Source: a virus
Lineage: Duplodnaviria; Caudoviricetes
DNA length: 52,210 nucleotides
IMG/VR virus record: IMGVR_UViG_3300044515_000086
Location: 1-52,210 of that record
Direction: 5' to 3' (one strand)
The notes beneath the pieces were generated by a model. That model was not told the DNA's origin and made no database searches. It worked only from the letters and a program-made list of their open reading frames with translations. Positions 28,125 through 36,438 of the stretch are shown here, piece after piece (the first letter of the stretch is position 1; each line of letters starts with the position of its first letter). A program made the position numbers and the translations under genes.

Positions 28125-28688
28125 TTAGTACCCCTTGCCCTGTTGCGCGGTGAGCGTGGCTTTGCCCGCGGCGTAGGCCGTGACCTTCAAGCGAAGCGCG
28201 CCGATCTGGAACGAGTAGTTTCCATCGAGCCGCCCGGGTGGCGCGCCAACGATCCCGCTGAGTGTGGCGTGATTGAACACTCGAAAGGATTGCACGAACC
28301 CGGTGCCGGCGGCAGAGCCTGCGTTCGCGACCGTGACGACATAATTGTTCGCATCGGTCACCGAGGCGATGTCGTAACTCGTGCCGACGGGCACGCCCCC
28401 GTCCCAAATGTTGCTGGCATCTTTGGCCGGGTTTGAGAGCAGGATGTTGTCTGCGGCGTTCAAATTGTGGCCGGGGTCGTTGATGGTGAGGTTGACACCG
28501 ACTCGCGTCAGGGTGACGGCGCGTGGGTTTTGCTGCGGATCATCGAGGGTGTGTTGCACGCCGGCGGTGAGATTTGCATCGACGCTGAAGGTCAGCGCGA
28601 GGCCTAAGCCAGGCGTTTCCATCATCGGGCCCGGGATCATCCAGGGCGAGGATCCGAGGGCGGCAAGCGTTTGCGAGGACAGATGCAT
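28125..28688 (-). CDS. First late gene, beta-rich putative structural protein
   Basis: ATG at 28688 with GAGG RBS; VQHTLDD and LRLKVTAY motifs. Confidence 0.65.
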   Translation of the reverse strand: MHLSSQTLAALGSSPWMIPGPMMETPGLGLALTFSVDANLTAGVQHTLDDPQQNPRAVTLTRVGVNLTINDPGHNLNAADNILLSNPAKDASNIWDGGVPVGTSYDIASVTDANNYVVTVANAGSAAGTGFVQSFRVFNHATLSGIVGAPPGRLDGNYSFQIGALRLKVTAYAAGKATLTAQQGKGY

Positions 28689-28712
28689 GAGGCACACCTC
28701 GAGGCGAGAAAT

Positions 28713-28735
28713 AAAAACCCCGCGCAAAGGCGGGG
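28713..28735 (-). terminator. tR'-like terminator in the late leader
   Basis: Minus strand CCCCGC-CTTTGC-GCGGGG-TTTTT. Confidence 0.75.
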
Positions 28736-28899
28736 CGTAAGGGACCGGAACCTGGCAAAGCTCCGGCTTGGGGGTACCCCATCGACGAACGAGGGAGCGT
28801 TCAGACGACGTGGGAATAAGCCTCCCAAGAACGACAAAGGCCCACCAAGATCGCTCCTGGAAGGCCTTTTTGGCTGGTGGGTACACCAACGTTGCCAGA

Positions 28900-28929
28900 T
28901 TTCTACGCTAAGTGTTCGGACAAAGTCAA
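28900..28929 (-). promoter_or_regulatory. Candidate late promoter (pR'-like)
   Basis: TTGACT-18 bp-TAGAAA just downstream of the Q-like gene. Confidence 0.45.
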
Positions 28930-28939
28930 CTGCTTGGCC

Positions 28940-29470
28940 TTAAGGTTCCACCCAAAATGTGACGGGCAGCCCTATTTCCACGAACCTGCCGAGGTAGTAC
29001 GCGAGCACCAAACGTCGTTCCTCGTACACGGCCTGGCGCCGGCTGATCCTAAGCGCATCGGCCATTTCTTGCACGGTGTAGGCAGCGCGATACCACAGCA
29101 TCGCGAAGGAGCGCGCCCAGACTGGGGAGGATTGCACGGTGGCATCGACCAGCAAGGATTCACGATCGTCGAGCGCCGGAACCACTTCCGCTGTGCGCGC
29201 GATCAGTGTCACCTCAGCCATGCTCGGCACCGCAGGTCCACTGCCATGGGTCACTGCCCAACGTTCGAGCAGGCGATCGGCCGGGCGCAGGCGAGGATCG
29301 GTGGCACTCGGCCGATTGATCACCCGCGCTTCTTCGGGCGACAACTGACGCCGGCGCGGCAGCTCGATGCGCATATCTGGCGCATCAAGGATGGTCTGCC
29401 GTGGCCGCAGCGCCACCGCACTGTGCATCACGTACGGTCTTGGCTTCCGTGCCACGTTCGCTTCAGCCAT
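28940..29470 (-). CDS. Putative late-gene regulator (antiterminator Q-like, C-terminal HTH)
   Basis: LLERWA motif, TVQEMADALRISRRQAVY HTH; last gene before the late leader. Confidence 0.6.
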   Translation of the reverse strand: MAEANVARKPRPYVMHSAVALRPRQTILDAPDMRIELPRRRQLSPEEARVINRPSATDPRLRPADRLLERWAVTHGSGPAVPSMAEVTLIARTAEVVPALDDRESLLVDATVQSSPVWARSFAMLWYRAAYTVQEMADALRISRRQAVYEERRLVLAYYLGRFVEIGLPVTFWVEP

Positions 29471-29789
29471 TGCGCGGCACGCTGCCGCGGGCGATTTCGA
29501 TCTGCGGCGTGCCCCTCATCTGCTCGACTTCGGTGAGCAGTTTATTGCGCAGCCTCACCGTCAAGGCCTGCGGATCCACCACGCCCGTTTCGACCAGGGC
29601 CTCGAACAGCACTTCGATGCGCACATTGGCGAGCTCGAGGTCGACGAAGAGTTGCATCGGATTGATTTGCATCATGCCGTTCGGTGTGGTGTTGAGCTTC
29701 ACCAACGCCTCGGCGTGTTGCGTGATGGCTTCGGCGAGACCGGTAGATTGCGGTGGCTGGGTCGCTGCGCCATTGGTTCGTTCTGTCAT
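29463..29789 (-). CDS. Hypothetical protein
   Basis: 108 aa, overlapping neighbours. Confidence 0.6.
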   Translation of the reverse strand: MTERTNGAATQPPQSTGLAEAITQHAEALVKLNTTPNGMMQINPMQLFVDLELANVRIEVLFEALVETGVVDPQALTVRLRNKLLTEVEQMRGTPQIEIARGSVPRNG

Positions 29790-29932
29790 GTCGATGAATC
29801 TCCCTCGGCTGGTTTACTCGCTTCAAGTACTCGCAGATCATTGGCCGCATCCGATACACCGTGCCAGTCGCCCTCCTCGGTTTTCATCTTGAGGTAGGCG
29901 AGGAGAACTGCGTATCGCTGCGCATAGGTCAC
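29786..29932 (-). CDS. Small hypothetical protein
   Basis: GTG start overlaps the rusA stop; DWHGVSDAANDLR. Confidence 0.5.
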   Translation of the reverse strand: MTYAQRYAVLLAYLKMKTEEGDWHGVSDAANDLRVLEASKPAEGDSST

Positions 29933-30438
29933 GCGATCACCGTGATCTCGATGATTGCCCCACAGGCCTCGAGCGCATCCGGATCCTCGCCTGGATACAC
30001 TTTCGCCAGGCGTGTGTACTCGGTGATGCGCGCATCGTCGGTCCAGATCCCGGCGTCGGTGAGCGCATCCTCGGTCGAGCGCGCAAGCTTCGAGACATCC
30101 GGCTTGCGCATCGGATACAGGCGCCGGCGCTTCGGTGCCGAGGCGGGTTTCGGCACGGTGAAGATCATGCGCACGGCCAGCGGTCCGTCCAAGGGCGGCG
30201 CGCCATTGCGTACCAGGAGCGCCGCTTCCTTGACGTCGTTGCGCCACGGGCGAACCTTCTTCGAGCTCTCCGCCATGATGCCGTGTGTACGCCCATCCTT
30301 GCCGACGAAGGTGCCCTTGAACGCCTTCGAACCTTGCGGCGCCGGCGAGCCGTACACGACGATGCGATAGCTCGGCGGGATATGCATCAGAGCTGGCTCT
30401 TGACTCACGAACAGGTCAGCCATTGCGAGCGTCTGCAC
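29929..30438 (-). CDS. rusA: RusA-family Holliday junction resolvase
   Basis: PAPQGSK and KPDVSKLARSTEDALT...WTDDARI catalytic aspartates. Confidence 0.9.
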   Translation of the reverse strand: MQTLAMADLFVSQEPALMHIPPSYRIVVYGSPAPQGSKAFKGTFVGKDGRTHGIMAESSKKVRPWRNDVKEAALLVRNGAPPLDGPLAVRMIFTVPKPASAPKRRRLYPMRKPDVSKLARSTEDALTDAGIWTDDARITEYTRLAKVYPGEDPDALEACGAIIEITVIA

Positions 30439-30440
30439 AA

Positions 30441-30818
30441 TCAGTCTCCGTGCCCGAGCGCGGCCGCGGTGGCGGCATCGGACAGGCGCTGTTTCAGCAG
30501 GTAGCCCTCGAGCAGCCAGATCTTATCCACCGCATGGCCACGCGCGATCTTGCGGCCGAGCTCGGCGTCGAAGTTCTCAGGTGACGCGCACGCTGATTCG
30601 CCCGTTACGGTGAAGCCGTTGACGAGCACCAGGACGCAGATCGTCAGCAACTGCAGTGACGGCGATGATTCTCCAGGCGTGTCCTTCAGTGCAGCGGCCG
30701 CGGTGAACGAGTACTCCTCGGCAATCGTCGCCTCGATCTGTGCCGGCGTCACGCGAGGTGCGATCAAACCCTTGGTCTGGATCTCCTGCTCGATCGCGCC
30801 GTCTGTCGGTGTGTTCAT
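30441..30818 (-). CDS. N4 Gp49 / Sf6 gp66-family protein
   Basis: APRVTP...LTICVLVLVNGFTVTGESACASPENFDAELGRKIA...IWLLEGYLL; ATG at 30818 with GGAG RBS. Confidence 0.85.
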   Translation of the reverse strand: MNTPTDGAIEQEIQTKGLIAPRVTPAQIEATIAEEYSFTAAAALKDTPGESSPSLQLLTICVLVLVNGFTVTGESACASPENFDAELGRKIARGHAVDKIWLLEGYLLKQRLSDAATAAALGHGD

Positions 30819-30859
30819 GAGAAATTCTCCCTCGTGTTTTAACCTGTTTAAAGCCGTTT

Positions 30860-31573
30860 TCAGTTCACCGCATCGCCGGATATAGATCGCGCTGGCGCGC
30901 GCTTCGGGGGCTTGCGCTCTGTGTCGCCTGGCCCATCGCCGTTCACATGCGCGTCCTCGAGGGCTTGCGCGATCGCGACCTCGCGAAGCCGAGCCTTCTC
31001 GCGCTCCTCCTCCGGCGTCCCGACTGCATCCGCGTCCGATGATTCCGCAGAGGCTTTCGCTGCCGGCGGCTCGAGCGGCAACTGCTGCTGCGCCTTGTCG
31101 GCCTTGATGCGCAGCTTTCCGCTGCTCAATTGCACCGCGATCTCCTGCTTCTGGTATTCCTGCAGCAGCAAGTTTCCATCGCCGATGCCGGGCTTCACGT
31201 ACAGCTGGCACTCGATCAGCGTGTAACCGCCATCCTCAAAGCCGACGAGCTCGATGTCCGACACGCGACAGTCCTCGAAGGTGAGCTCCTCACCACCGAG
31301 ATGCAGCTCGGACGCGACGCCCACGTACACCTCGCCATGCAAAGCGATCGGTGTGCACCTGCGCGCCCAGGCCTGCGCCACCACTCCTGTCCCGAGCGCC
31401 GCCCAGCAGCTGCGATCAAACTCCTGGCCCATGAGCGCAACCGCTTGCTCGCGCGGCACGCGCAGTTTCAATGGCAGCGTGAATCCGGTGATCAGATCCT
31501 CATCACCGTGCTTCTCCAAATTGTTCGAGATCTTGCCCATCTGGGCGTGTTCATCCGTCAGTGCCAATGTCAT
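30860..31573 (-). CDS. Hypothetical protein
   Basis: About 237 aa, acidic C-terminus. Confidence 0.6.
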   Translation of the reverse strand: MTLALTDEHAQMGKISNNLEKHGDEDLITGFTLPLKLRVPREQAVALMGQEFDRSCWAALGTGVVAQAWARRCTPIALHGEVYVGVASELHLGGEELTFEDCRVSDIELVGFEDGGYTLIECQLYVKPGIGDGNLLLQEYQKQEIAVQLSSGKLRIKADKAQQQLPLEPPAAKASAESSDADAVGTPEEEREKARLREVAIAQALEDAHVNGDGPGDTERKPPKRAPARSISGDAVN

Positions 31574-31638
31574 CGTGCTTCCCCTTGTCGTTTTACCCAC
31601 CATTTCCCACCCACTCGGGCAGGTCGCGCCATTTCCAA

Positions 31639-32238
31639 TTACCACCCGCCCATTCCAGGCAAGCCCTGCTGTACTGCTTCCGCATTGGCCTGCTGATGCC
31701 GATTAGCTGGACGCCGAAAACTTCGCATCACGATGCGATACACCTCGGTGTCGGCTTGCATCGCGGCCACGCTGAAACCGAGTCGTTTCCCGTCATCCAG
31801 ATCGATCACGACCCCGGTACATTCCGCGCATTTCTCCGTGCCCCTGGGCCGCGTCGCATCCCACCATTCGCGATAGACATACGACCACGGCCTGGAATTG
31901 ATCCAAAACTTCTTCGGATCGTTGATGCCGTCGTACAGGTGGCGCAGCTTCAGCATCGCGTACTCGCAAAGCTGTTCCTGCAAAGTTGCGACAGGTTTGG
32001 TCTGCGAGAGCGGCATGTTCGAGCAGGCCTGCGTGAACTGACCGAGCGTCGGCGGATGAATTGGCGTGATCCCGATGACCGCCCTGATGCCGTAGGCAAT
32101 TTGTTCGTCCGTCAGATCATCGATCGCGTCTTGCCAAGGTTTCGGCATATCCGCGCCGTAGGCTTCCGCGACGCGCGTGCCGTAACTTTGAATCAGCCGA
32201 TCCCACACCCTATCGCCACGTTTATTTTTAGTGGCCAT
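31639..32238 (-). CDS. Replication protein P-like / helicase-loader-position protein
   Basis: Follows the initiator gene; WQDAIDDLTDEQIAYGI...HPPTLGQF. Confidence 0.65.
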   Translation of the reverse strand: MATKNKRGDRVWDRLIQSYGTRVAEAYGADMPKPWQDAIDDLTDEQIAYGIRAVIGITPIHPPTLGQFTQACSNMPLSQTKPVATLQEQLCEYAMLKLRHLYDGINDPKKFWINSRPWSYVYREWWDATRPRGTEKCAECTGVVIDLDDGKRLGFSVAAMQADTEVYRIVMRSFRRPANRHQQANAEAVQQGLPGMGGW

Positions 32239-33079
32239 TTCTTCGCATCGCCTGTATTTGATCGAAGCGGGTAGGTTTCGGCGCGCTTCTCGCCTTCGCG
32301 TCCTTAGCGTCCTTCAGCACCCAGGATTGCCAGGTTTTGTCCCAATTGAGTTTCGTGGCGCCCGTCGGCTTGTTGCTCCAGTACAGCGTGAAGGCCTCGA
32401 ACGTCGAGTCCGGCTCGACGCCTTTCGCGATCGCGTAGTCCCGACGCTCCGCAGTCAGAACAAAATCCTCCGGGATGCGTGAACCGCGAATGGGCTTCGG
32501 TGCCGTGGTGGGGACTTGCGAAGCAAGTGCGTCCCCGACCAGGGGGCGGGAATCAGGTATCAGGTATCCGGAATCCGGAATCAGGGATCCGGAATCAGGA
32601 GTCAGGAATCCGGAATCCGGAATCAGCCGGGTTTTACCCTCAACGGTAGGGGGTGACAACGCAACTTTACTGGGCTTTACCCCCGACGATGACGCGTCTT
32701 TGACGTCAGAACCCAGGGTTTCGGTTTGATGATTGACCCCATTGCCTAGGGTTTTGGGTCCAGCTGGGATGGTCGATGGTGGCTCTTTATAGTGCGGATT
32801 TTGGTGCTTCCAGAACATCACAACCTGGATGTACGCCTTGCCATCGATCGAATAGCGGTAGATAAACTCGTTCTCGGTAAGCCAGGCGAGCGATCGTTCG
32901 GTGGTCTCGAATCCGCGCCCCGGATTGATGGCCATGTGAATTTTCGCCGGCCGATCCTCAAGGCGCCCTTCCCTGTCGGCCGCGCACCACAGGCCCTCGA
33001 AGATCACGGTGTAGAGCGGATCAGCGACCGCGAGCAGCTCGTTCGTGAAGATCGCCGGCTTGAGATTGCGGGCCCTCAT
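32228..33079 (-). CDS. Phage replication initiator (O-like)
   Basis: RARNLKP...GLWCAADREGRLEDRP N-domain; internal repeats; C-terminal YWSNK...KLNWDKTWQSW. Confidence 0.85.
   Translation of the reverse strand: MRARNLKPAIFTNELLAVADPLYTVIFEGLWCAADREGRLEDRPAKIHMAINPGRGFETTERSLAWLTENEFIYRYSIDGKAYIQVVMFWKHQNPHYKEPPSTIPAGPKTLGNGVNHQTETLGSDVKDASSSGVKPSKVALSPPTVEGKTRLIPDSGFLTPDSGSLIPDSGYLIPDSRPLVGDALASQVPTTAPKPIRGSRIPEDFVLTAERRDYAIAKGVEPDSTFEAFTLYWSNKPTGATKLNWDKTWQSWVLKDAKDAKARSAPKPTRFDQIQAMRRNGH
32545..32760. repeat. 21-bp tandem repeats and iteron-like boxes within the initiator gene (likely ori)
   Basis: Four L(I/T)PDSxx units; GGGTTTTACCCT at 32629-32640 and GGGCTTTACCCC at 32672-32683. Confidence 0.6.
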
Positions 33080-33585
33080 CGCGTCGCATCCGGCGCGCGA
33101 GGCCGCAGAGCGTAAAGTCGCTTAAGCGAGATTTCGTCGTGATTGCAAATCCCAGCTTCTGGAGCATGATCGCAAATCTGACCTACTCCGTCAGAGTCCC
33201 TAATCGCAAAACCTATGGAAATTCCGAGTCCGTGATACCAGGAGCGAACGCGTATGGTTTCGGGACTATTAATCTGCGCAGCCTTCGCTTCCGCATAACC
33301 CACGATTATTTCGATAGATCGCTGGTCAAGGATCGCGAGCGCCTCGTTCAGCGCATTTCGGAACCGGTGATCGACTTCATGACACTCTTCGCAAAGACAG
33401 ATCAGTTCGTGGTCTTCGTATTCCCACGGCATCGCGCCCTTGCGATAGAGTTTGTGATGAACGTGCAGCGTCTTTTCCGCCGATTGGCAATTGTGGCACT
33501 TGAAATCAGCCTTCCCGAGTACCTCCAATCGCCGGCGTTGCCAGCGCGGATCTCGCAACAATTCGATATAGGTCAGTTTTCTCAT
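33076..33585 (-). CDS. HNH-domain protein
   Basis: [11 protein letters not shown]...CHNC...LHVHH...LCEECH. Confidence 0.8.
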   Translation of the reverse strand: MRKLTYIELLRDPRWQRRRLEVLGKADFKCHNCQSAEKTLHVHHKLYRKGAMPWEYEDHELICLCEECHEVDHRFRNALNEALAILDQRSIEIIVGYAEAKAAQINSPETIRVRSWYHGLGISIGFAIRDSDGVGQICDHAPEAGICNHDEISLKRLYALRPRAPDATR

Positions 33586-33877
33586 CGGCCCCTCGCCGGT
33601 AGTGGCTTGATTTGCCGAAGAGGCTGCGCGAACATCTCTTTGACGCAATGGACCACGCACTCGTCACAGACGAAAACGGATGGGCCTGCGACCAGGTGTT
33701 GAACGTCCTGTTCGCTCTTTCCGCAAAATGAGCAATAATTTAGCTTCACGTCGGCGCCATCCGACGGCCGAGCACGGTTTCAGCCGATACCTGACAGCCA
33801 GCTTGACGGGCAGGCTTGCAGTGCGGTGGTATATAGTTGGCTTGGGTACGACGCCCAAAACACACGGAAGTTTGCCG

Positions 33878-34171
33878 ATGCGCTACCTGCTCCTTACCGC
33901 CCTGCTCGCTCTCGCCGGCTGCGTCACCTCGCCCGTCATGCCACTCGACGACGGCAGCTATCTGGTCTCTATGCACACGGCGTTTAGCATCACGCCCAAG
34001 GGCACGCTCATCGAAAAAGCGGCGATCGAGGCGCAGGCTTTCTGCGCTAAAAGCGGCAAGGACGCTCTCGTCAAAAACTCGCAGGCCACGGGCATATTTG
34101 GCGTGACGAGCAAGAATGCCAACGTGGTGTTTACGTGCGTCGCGCCCACGAAGCCGGGCGAGCGGCAGTAG
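33878..34171 (+). CDS. Lipoprotein, oriented opposite to its operon
   Basis: MRYLLLTALLALAG-C lipobox; two additional cysteines. Confidence 0.75.
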   Translation: MRYLLLTALLALAGCVTSPVMPLDDGSYLVSMHTAFSITPKGTLIEKAAIEAQAFCAKSGKDALVKNSQATGIFGVTSKNANVVFTCVAPTKPGERQ

Positions 34172-34307
34172 CGTATGGATCGAAGCGATTGGATTAGGGT
34201 GGCCTGCACGCTGGCGATTGTTGCGACGCTTATTGGCTGTGCGTGGCGGATCGGCTATGAACTCTCTTGGATCTAGAGGGACCTCGAGCAGCTGCAGCGC
34301 TGACATC

Positions 34308-34511
34308 TTAAGCGTCGGCGAGCTGGGAAAGAAAATCGTGCAGCGCTTGGATTCTGTTGACTCCTGGGTCTGGGATCGCGCCGGCCTTCAACTTCTTCAG
34401 CCACTCGTAGCCCAAATTTGACTTTGTCGCGATCTCCACGAGTGGCATGTCACAGTTCAGGAGGAGCTCGACCGTCTTTTCGAGTAACGGGCGGTTGGGG
34501 GGTTGCTGCAT
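34308..34511 (-). CDS. cro: Cro-like HTH regulator
   Basis: LVEIATKSNLGYEWLKKL...PDPGVNRIQAL; divergent from the repressor. Confidence 0.7.
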   Translation of the reverse strand: MQQPPNRPLLEKTVELLLNCDMPLVEIATKSNLGYEWLKKLKAGAIPDPGVNRIQALHDFLSQLADA

Positions 34512-34517
34512 CCCCAT

Positions 34518-34546
34518 AGCTTAGGTAACACTTTACCGATATGCAA
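34518..34546 (-). promoter_or_regulatory. PR-like promoter
   Basis: TTGCAT-17 bp-TAAGCT, with an operator in the spacer. Confidence 0.7.
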
Positions 34547-34612
34547 TGGGTTGCCTTCAAATGTTAGCGTGCAATGCGGCAACTCTTTTCCGAGAGGAGG
34601 TAATAACTTCCC
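34524..34612. promoter_or_regulatory. Three operators (OR-like)
   Basis: GGTAACACTTTACC 34524-34537, GGCAACTCTTTTCC 34578-34591, GGTAATAACTTCCC 34599-34612. Confidence 0.75.
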
Positions 34613-34620
34613 TGTTCGTA

Positions 34621-34962
34621 ATGGACGAACAGATCAAAAACTTCGGCCGCAATGTCCATTCCCACATGGAGCATCAGGGCCTCACCACAGCCACCTTGGC
34701 GAAGCGCGCAGGCATTGCGCCTAAAACTCTCAACAATGTCTTGAACGGCCGCCACGCGACACAGCTCGATGTGCTCACGAAGATCGCTAAGGGGCTGAAG
34801 GTTGAGCTGTGGCAGCTCTGGCTCCCTGAGTTCCCCGCCGACGTCGCGCACGATGAAACCTTTCCCAGACTGATCGCGACCGCATCGAAGTTAAGTCCCG
34901 TCGCGCTCAAGGCCGTCGCCCGCATGGCGGACCTGGAATTAGAGGCTGGCCGACGTTCATGA
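34621..34962 (+). CDS. cI: XRE-family phage repressor (no S24 peptidase domain)
   Basis: GLTTATLAKRAGIAPKTLNNVLNGRHATQLDVLTKIAKGL HTH; flanked by operator clusters. Confidence 0.8.
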   Translation: MDEQIKNFGRNVHSHMEHQGLTTATLAKRAGIAPKTLNNVLNGRHATQLDVLTKIAKGLKVELWQLWLPEFPADVAHDETFPRLIATASKLSPVALKAVARMADLELEAGRRS

Positions 34963-34984
34963 TTTGACCTAATACCTCGGCTTA

Positions 34985-35053
34985 AGTAACTCTTTGCCCA
35001 TGCTCGGTAAAGTTTTACTTGCAATGCTCGCCCGCTGTAGGTAAAGTCTTACC
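34985..35053 (+). promoter_or_regulatory. Three operators (OL-like) and PL-like promoter
   Basis: AGTAACTCTTTGCC 34985, GGTAAAGTTTTACT 35006, GGTAAAGTCTTACC 35040. TTGCAA(35019)-17 bp-TAAAGT(35042). Confidence 0.8.
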
Positions 35054-35073
35054 GTTCTTCAAGGAGGCGGTAA

Positions 35074-35187
35074 ATGCAGAACCTAAAGCCGATGGTCAAA
35101 GGGATCGTATGGAGTGCAGCCGTGGCCAGCACGCTCGCCGCGGTCGTACTCGTGGTCGCCTATTTCCACGTGATGAGCTTCGCCTAA
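35074..35187 (+). CDS. 37-aa single-TM peptide, first early gene
   Basis: AAGGAGG RBS; MQNLKPMVKGIVWSAAVASTLAAVVLVVAYFHVMSFA. Confidence 0.6.
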   Translation: MQNLKPMVKGIVWSAAVASTLAAVVLVVAYFHVMSFA

Positions 35188-35594
35188 TGAGCGGCGCTCG
35201 CCGAGTTCGATCACGCCGCCGCGGAGCGCTCGTCAGTCGCTTTCCGTTCCAACCGATCAAAAATCAGTATCAGGTTTTGCTGCCCGGTACGAGCGGCGAC
35301 ATCATCCTGCACAAAGCGTCATCGCTTTACGCGGCCGCGGGATGGCTCTGGTTGCACGTGCGTCGCTGCTACCTGCCCGCAATTAAATCCTCGGACATCG
35401 CACACTGCGTTCTCGACACCGAGACCGGTGAGCGTTGGTCGTACAGCGAATTGCTCGCCGGCCATTTCATGGATGACGCGCTACCTCTCGAAGTACTGTC
35501 GATGGGCCGCGACGCTCGAAATGAACACGACCCGTCGCTGGCGTGGGCGAGCTCCACTCTCGTTAAATCGAAATATCGCCGGGTGCGCAAGTGA
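35187..35594 (+). CDS. Hypothetical protein
   Basis: TAATG coupling to the upstream peptide. Confidence 0.5.
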   Translation: MSGARRVRSRRRGALVSRFPFQPIKNQYQVLLPGTSGDIILHKASSLYAAAGWLWLHVRRCYLPAIKSSDIAHCVLDTETGERWSYSELLAGHFMDDALPLEVLSMGRDARNEHDPSLAWASSTLVKSKYRRVRK

Positions 35595-35839
35595 ACGGAC
35601 CAGACGGTCCCGAAGAGCGCACCGCTGACCTCGAAGAAGCGAGCGAGCGCGAATACGAGCGCATCGAGGTCATCGAGGAACGCGCTGACGAGACGGTGCT
35701 CGCCACGTCGCGCGAAGTCCTGGATGCGACCCGCGATGCTCGCGACACCATCGCCCGCCTCCTCGAAGAGAACGAATCGCTGCACGAGGATGTTGCACGG
35801 CTGCGCCGCCAACTGCGTGCTGCTCAGGCGCACGCATGA
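35591..35839 (+). CDS. Acidic coiled-coil hypothetical protein
   Basis: 82 aa; 4-bp overlaps. Confidence 0.55.
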   Translation: MNGPDGPEERTADLEEASEREYERIEVIEERADETVLATSREVLDATRDARDTIARLLEENESLHEDVARLRRQLRAAQAHA

Positions 35840-36045
35840 GCGAGATCCAGCAACTCACGTTCGCCGTATGGTTCACCGCACTGTGCGCCATCGGCAGCCT
35901 CGCATTCTTTGCCTGGCTTCTCTGGTCGCTCTTTTGGGACGTCTACGATCACCTGATGCAGCAGCGCACCCGTAGGCGCAATGCGCAGTTCGATGCGCGT
36001 GTCGGGCGCGATTGCTATCGCGACACCAAGGGGATCACGCGATGA
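35836..36045 (+). CDS. Small TM protein
   Basis: 69 aa with one hydrophobic segment. Confidence 0.55.
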   Translation: MSEIQQLTFAVWFTALCAIGSLAFFAWLLWSLFWDVYDHLMQQRTRRRNAQFDARVGRDCYRDTKGITR

Positions 36046-36287
36046 CTCCTTGCGAAAGCGAATGTGATTGCGGCGCGCCTGGCGGCTATCCGCACGATCC
36101 GGATTGCCACTCATTCGATAACTGCGATGAGGGGCGCGCCTGTGACAAGCACGCCGCCGAAGCCATGGCCGACCATGCGTATCTCAAGCACGTGCCACGC
36201 CATCAGGTCTTCAATGACCAGGCGGCAAAGGACGAGCGCGACCAGGAACTGCGCGATGCCGGCCGCGGGCATCTGGTGGCGCCATGA
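36042..36287 (+). CDS. Cys/His-rich small protein
   Basis: CESECDCG...HDPDCH...C...CDKH. Confidence 0.5.
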   Translation: MTPCESECDCGAPGGYPHDPDCHSFDNCDEGRACDKHAAEAMADHAYLKHVPRHQVFNDQAAKDERDQELRDAGRGHLVAP

Positions 36288-36438
36288 GTAAACAACTCAC
36301 CGAGCTCGAGCTTGCGACGGCGCGCCACTGGTTTTGCAAGCTGCAGCGCCTCCTCGCGCAGCGCAAAGACCGGGAGCTCGAGCGCCGCTCCAAGCAATCG
36401 CCGCACGCCTTCCTTCGTCTGCAGGCGGGAGAGTAATC

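Noticed and set aside
33746-34306. 186-aa minus-strand ORF as a cII-like gene
   Set aside because: No HTH recognisable, and it mostly overlaps the convincing plus-strand lipoprotein.
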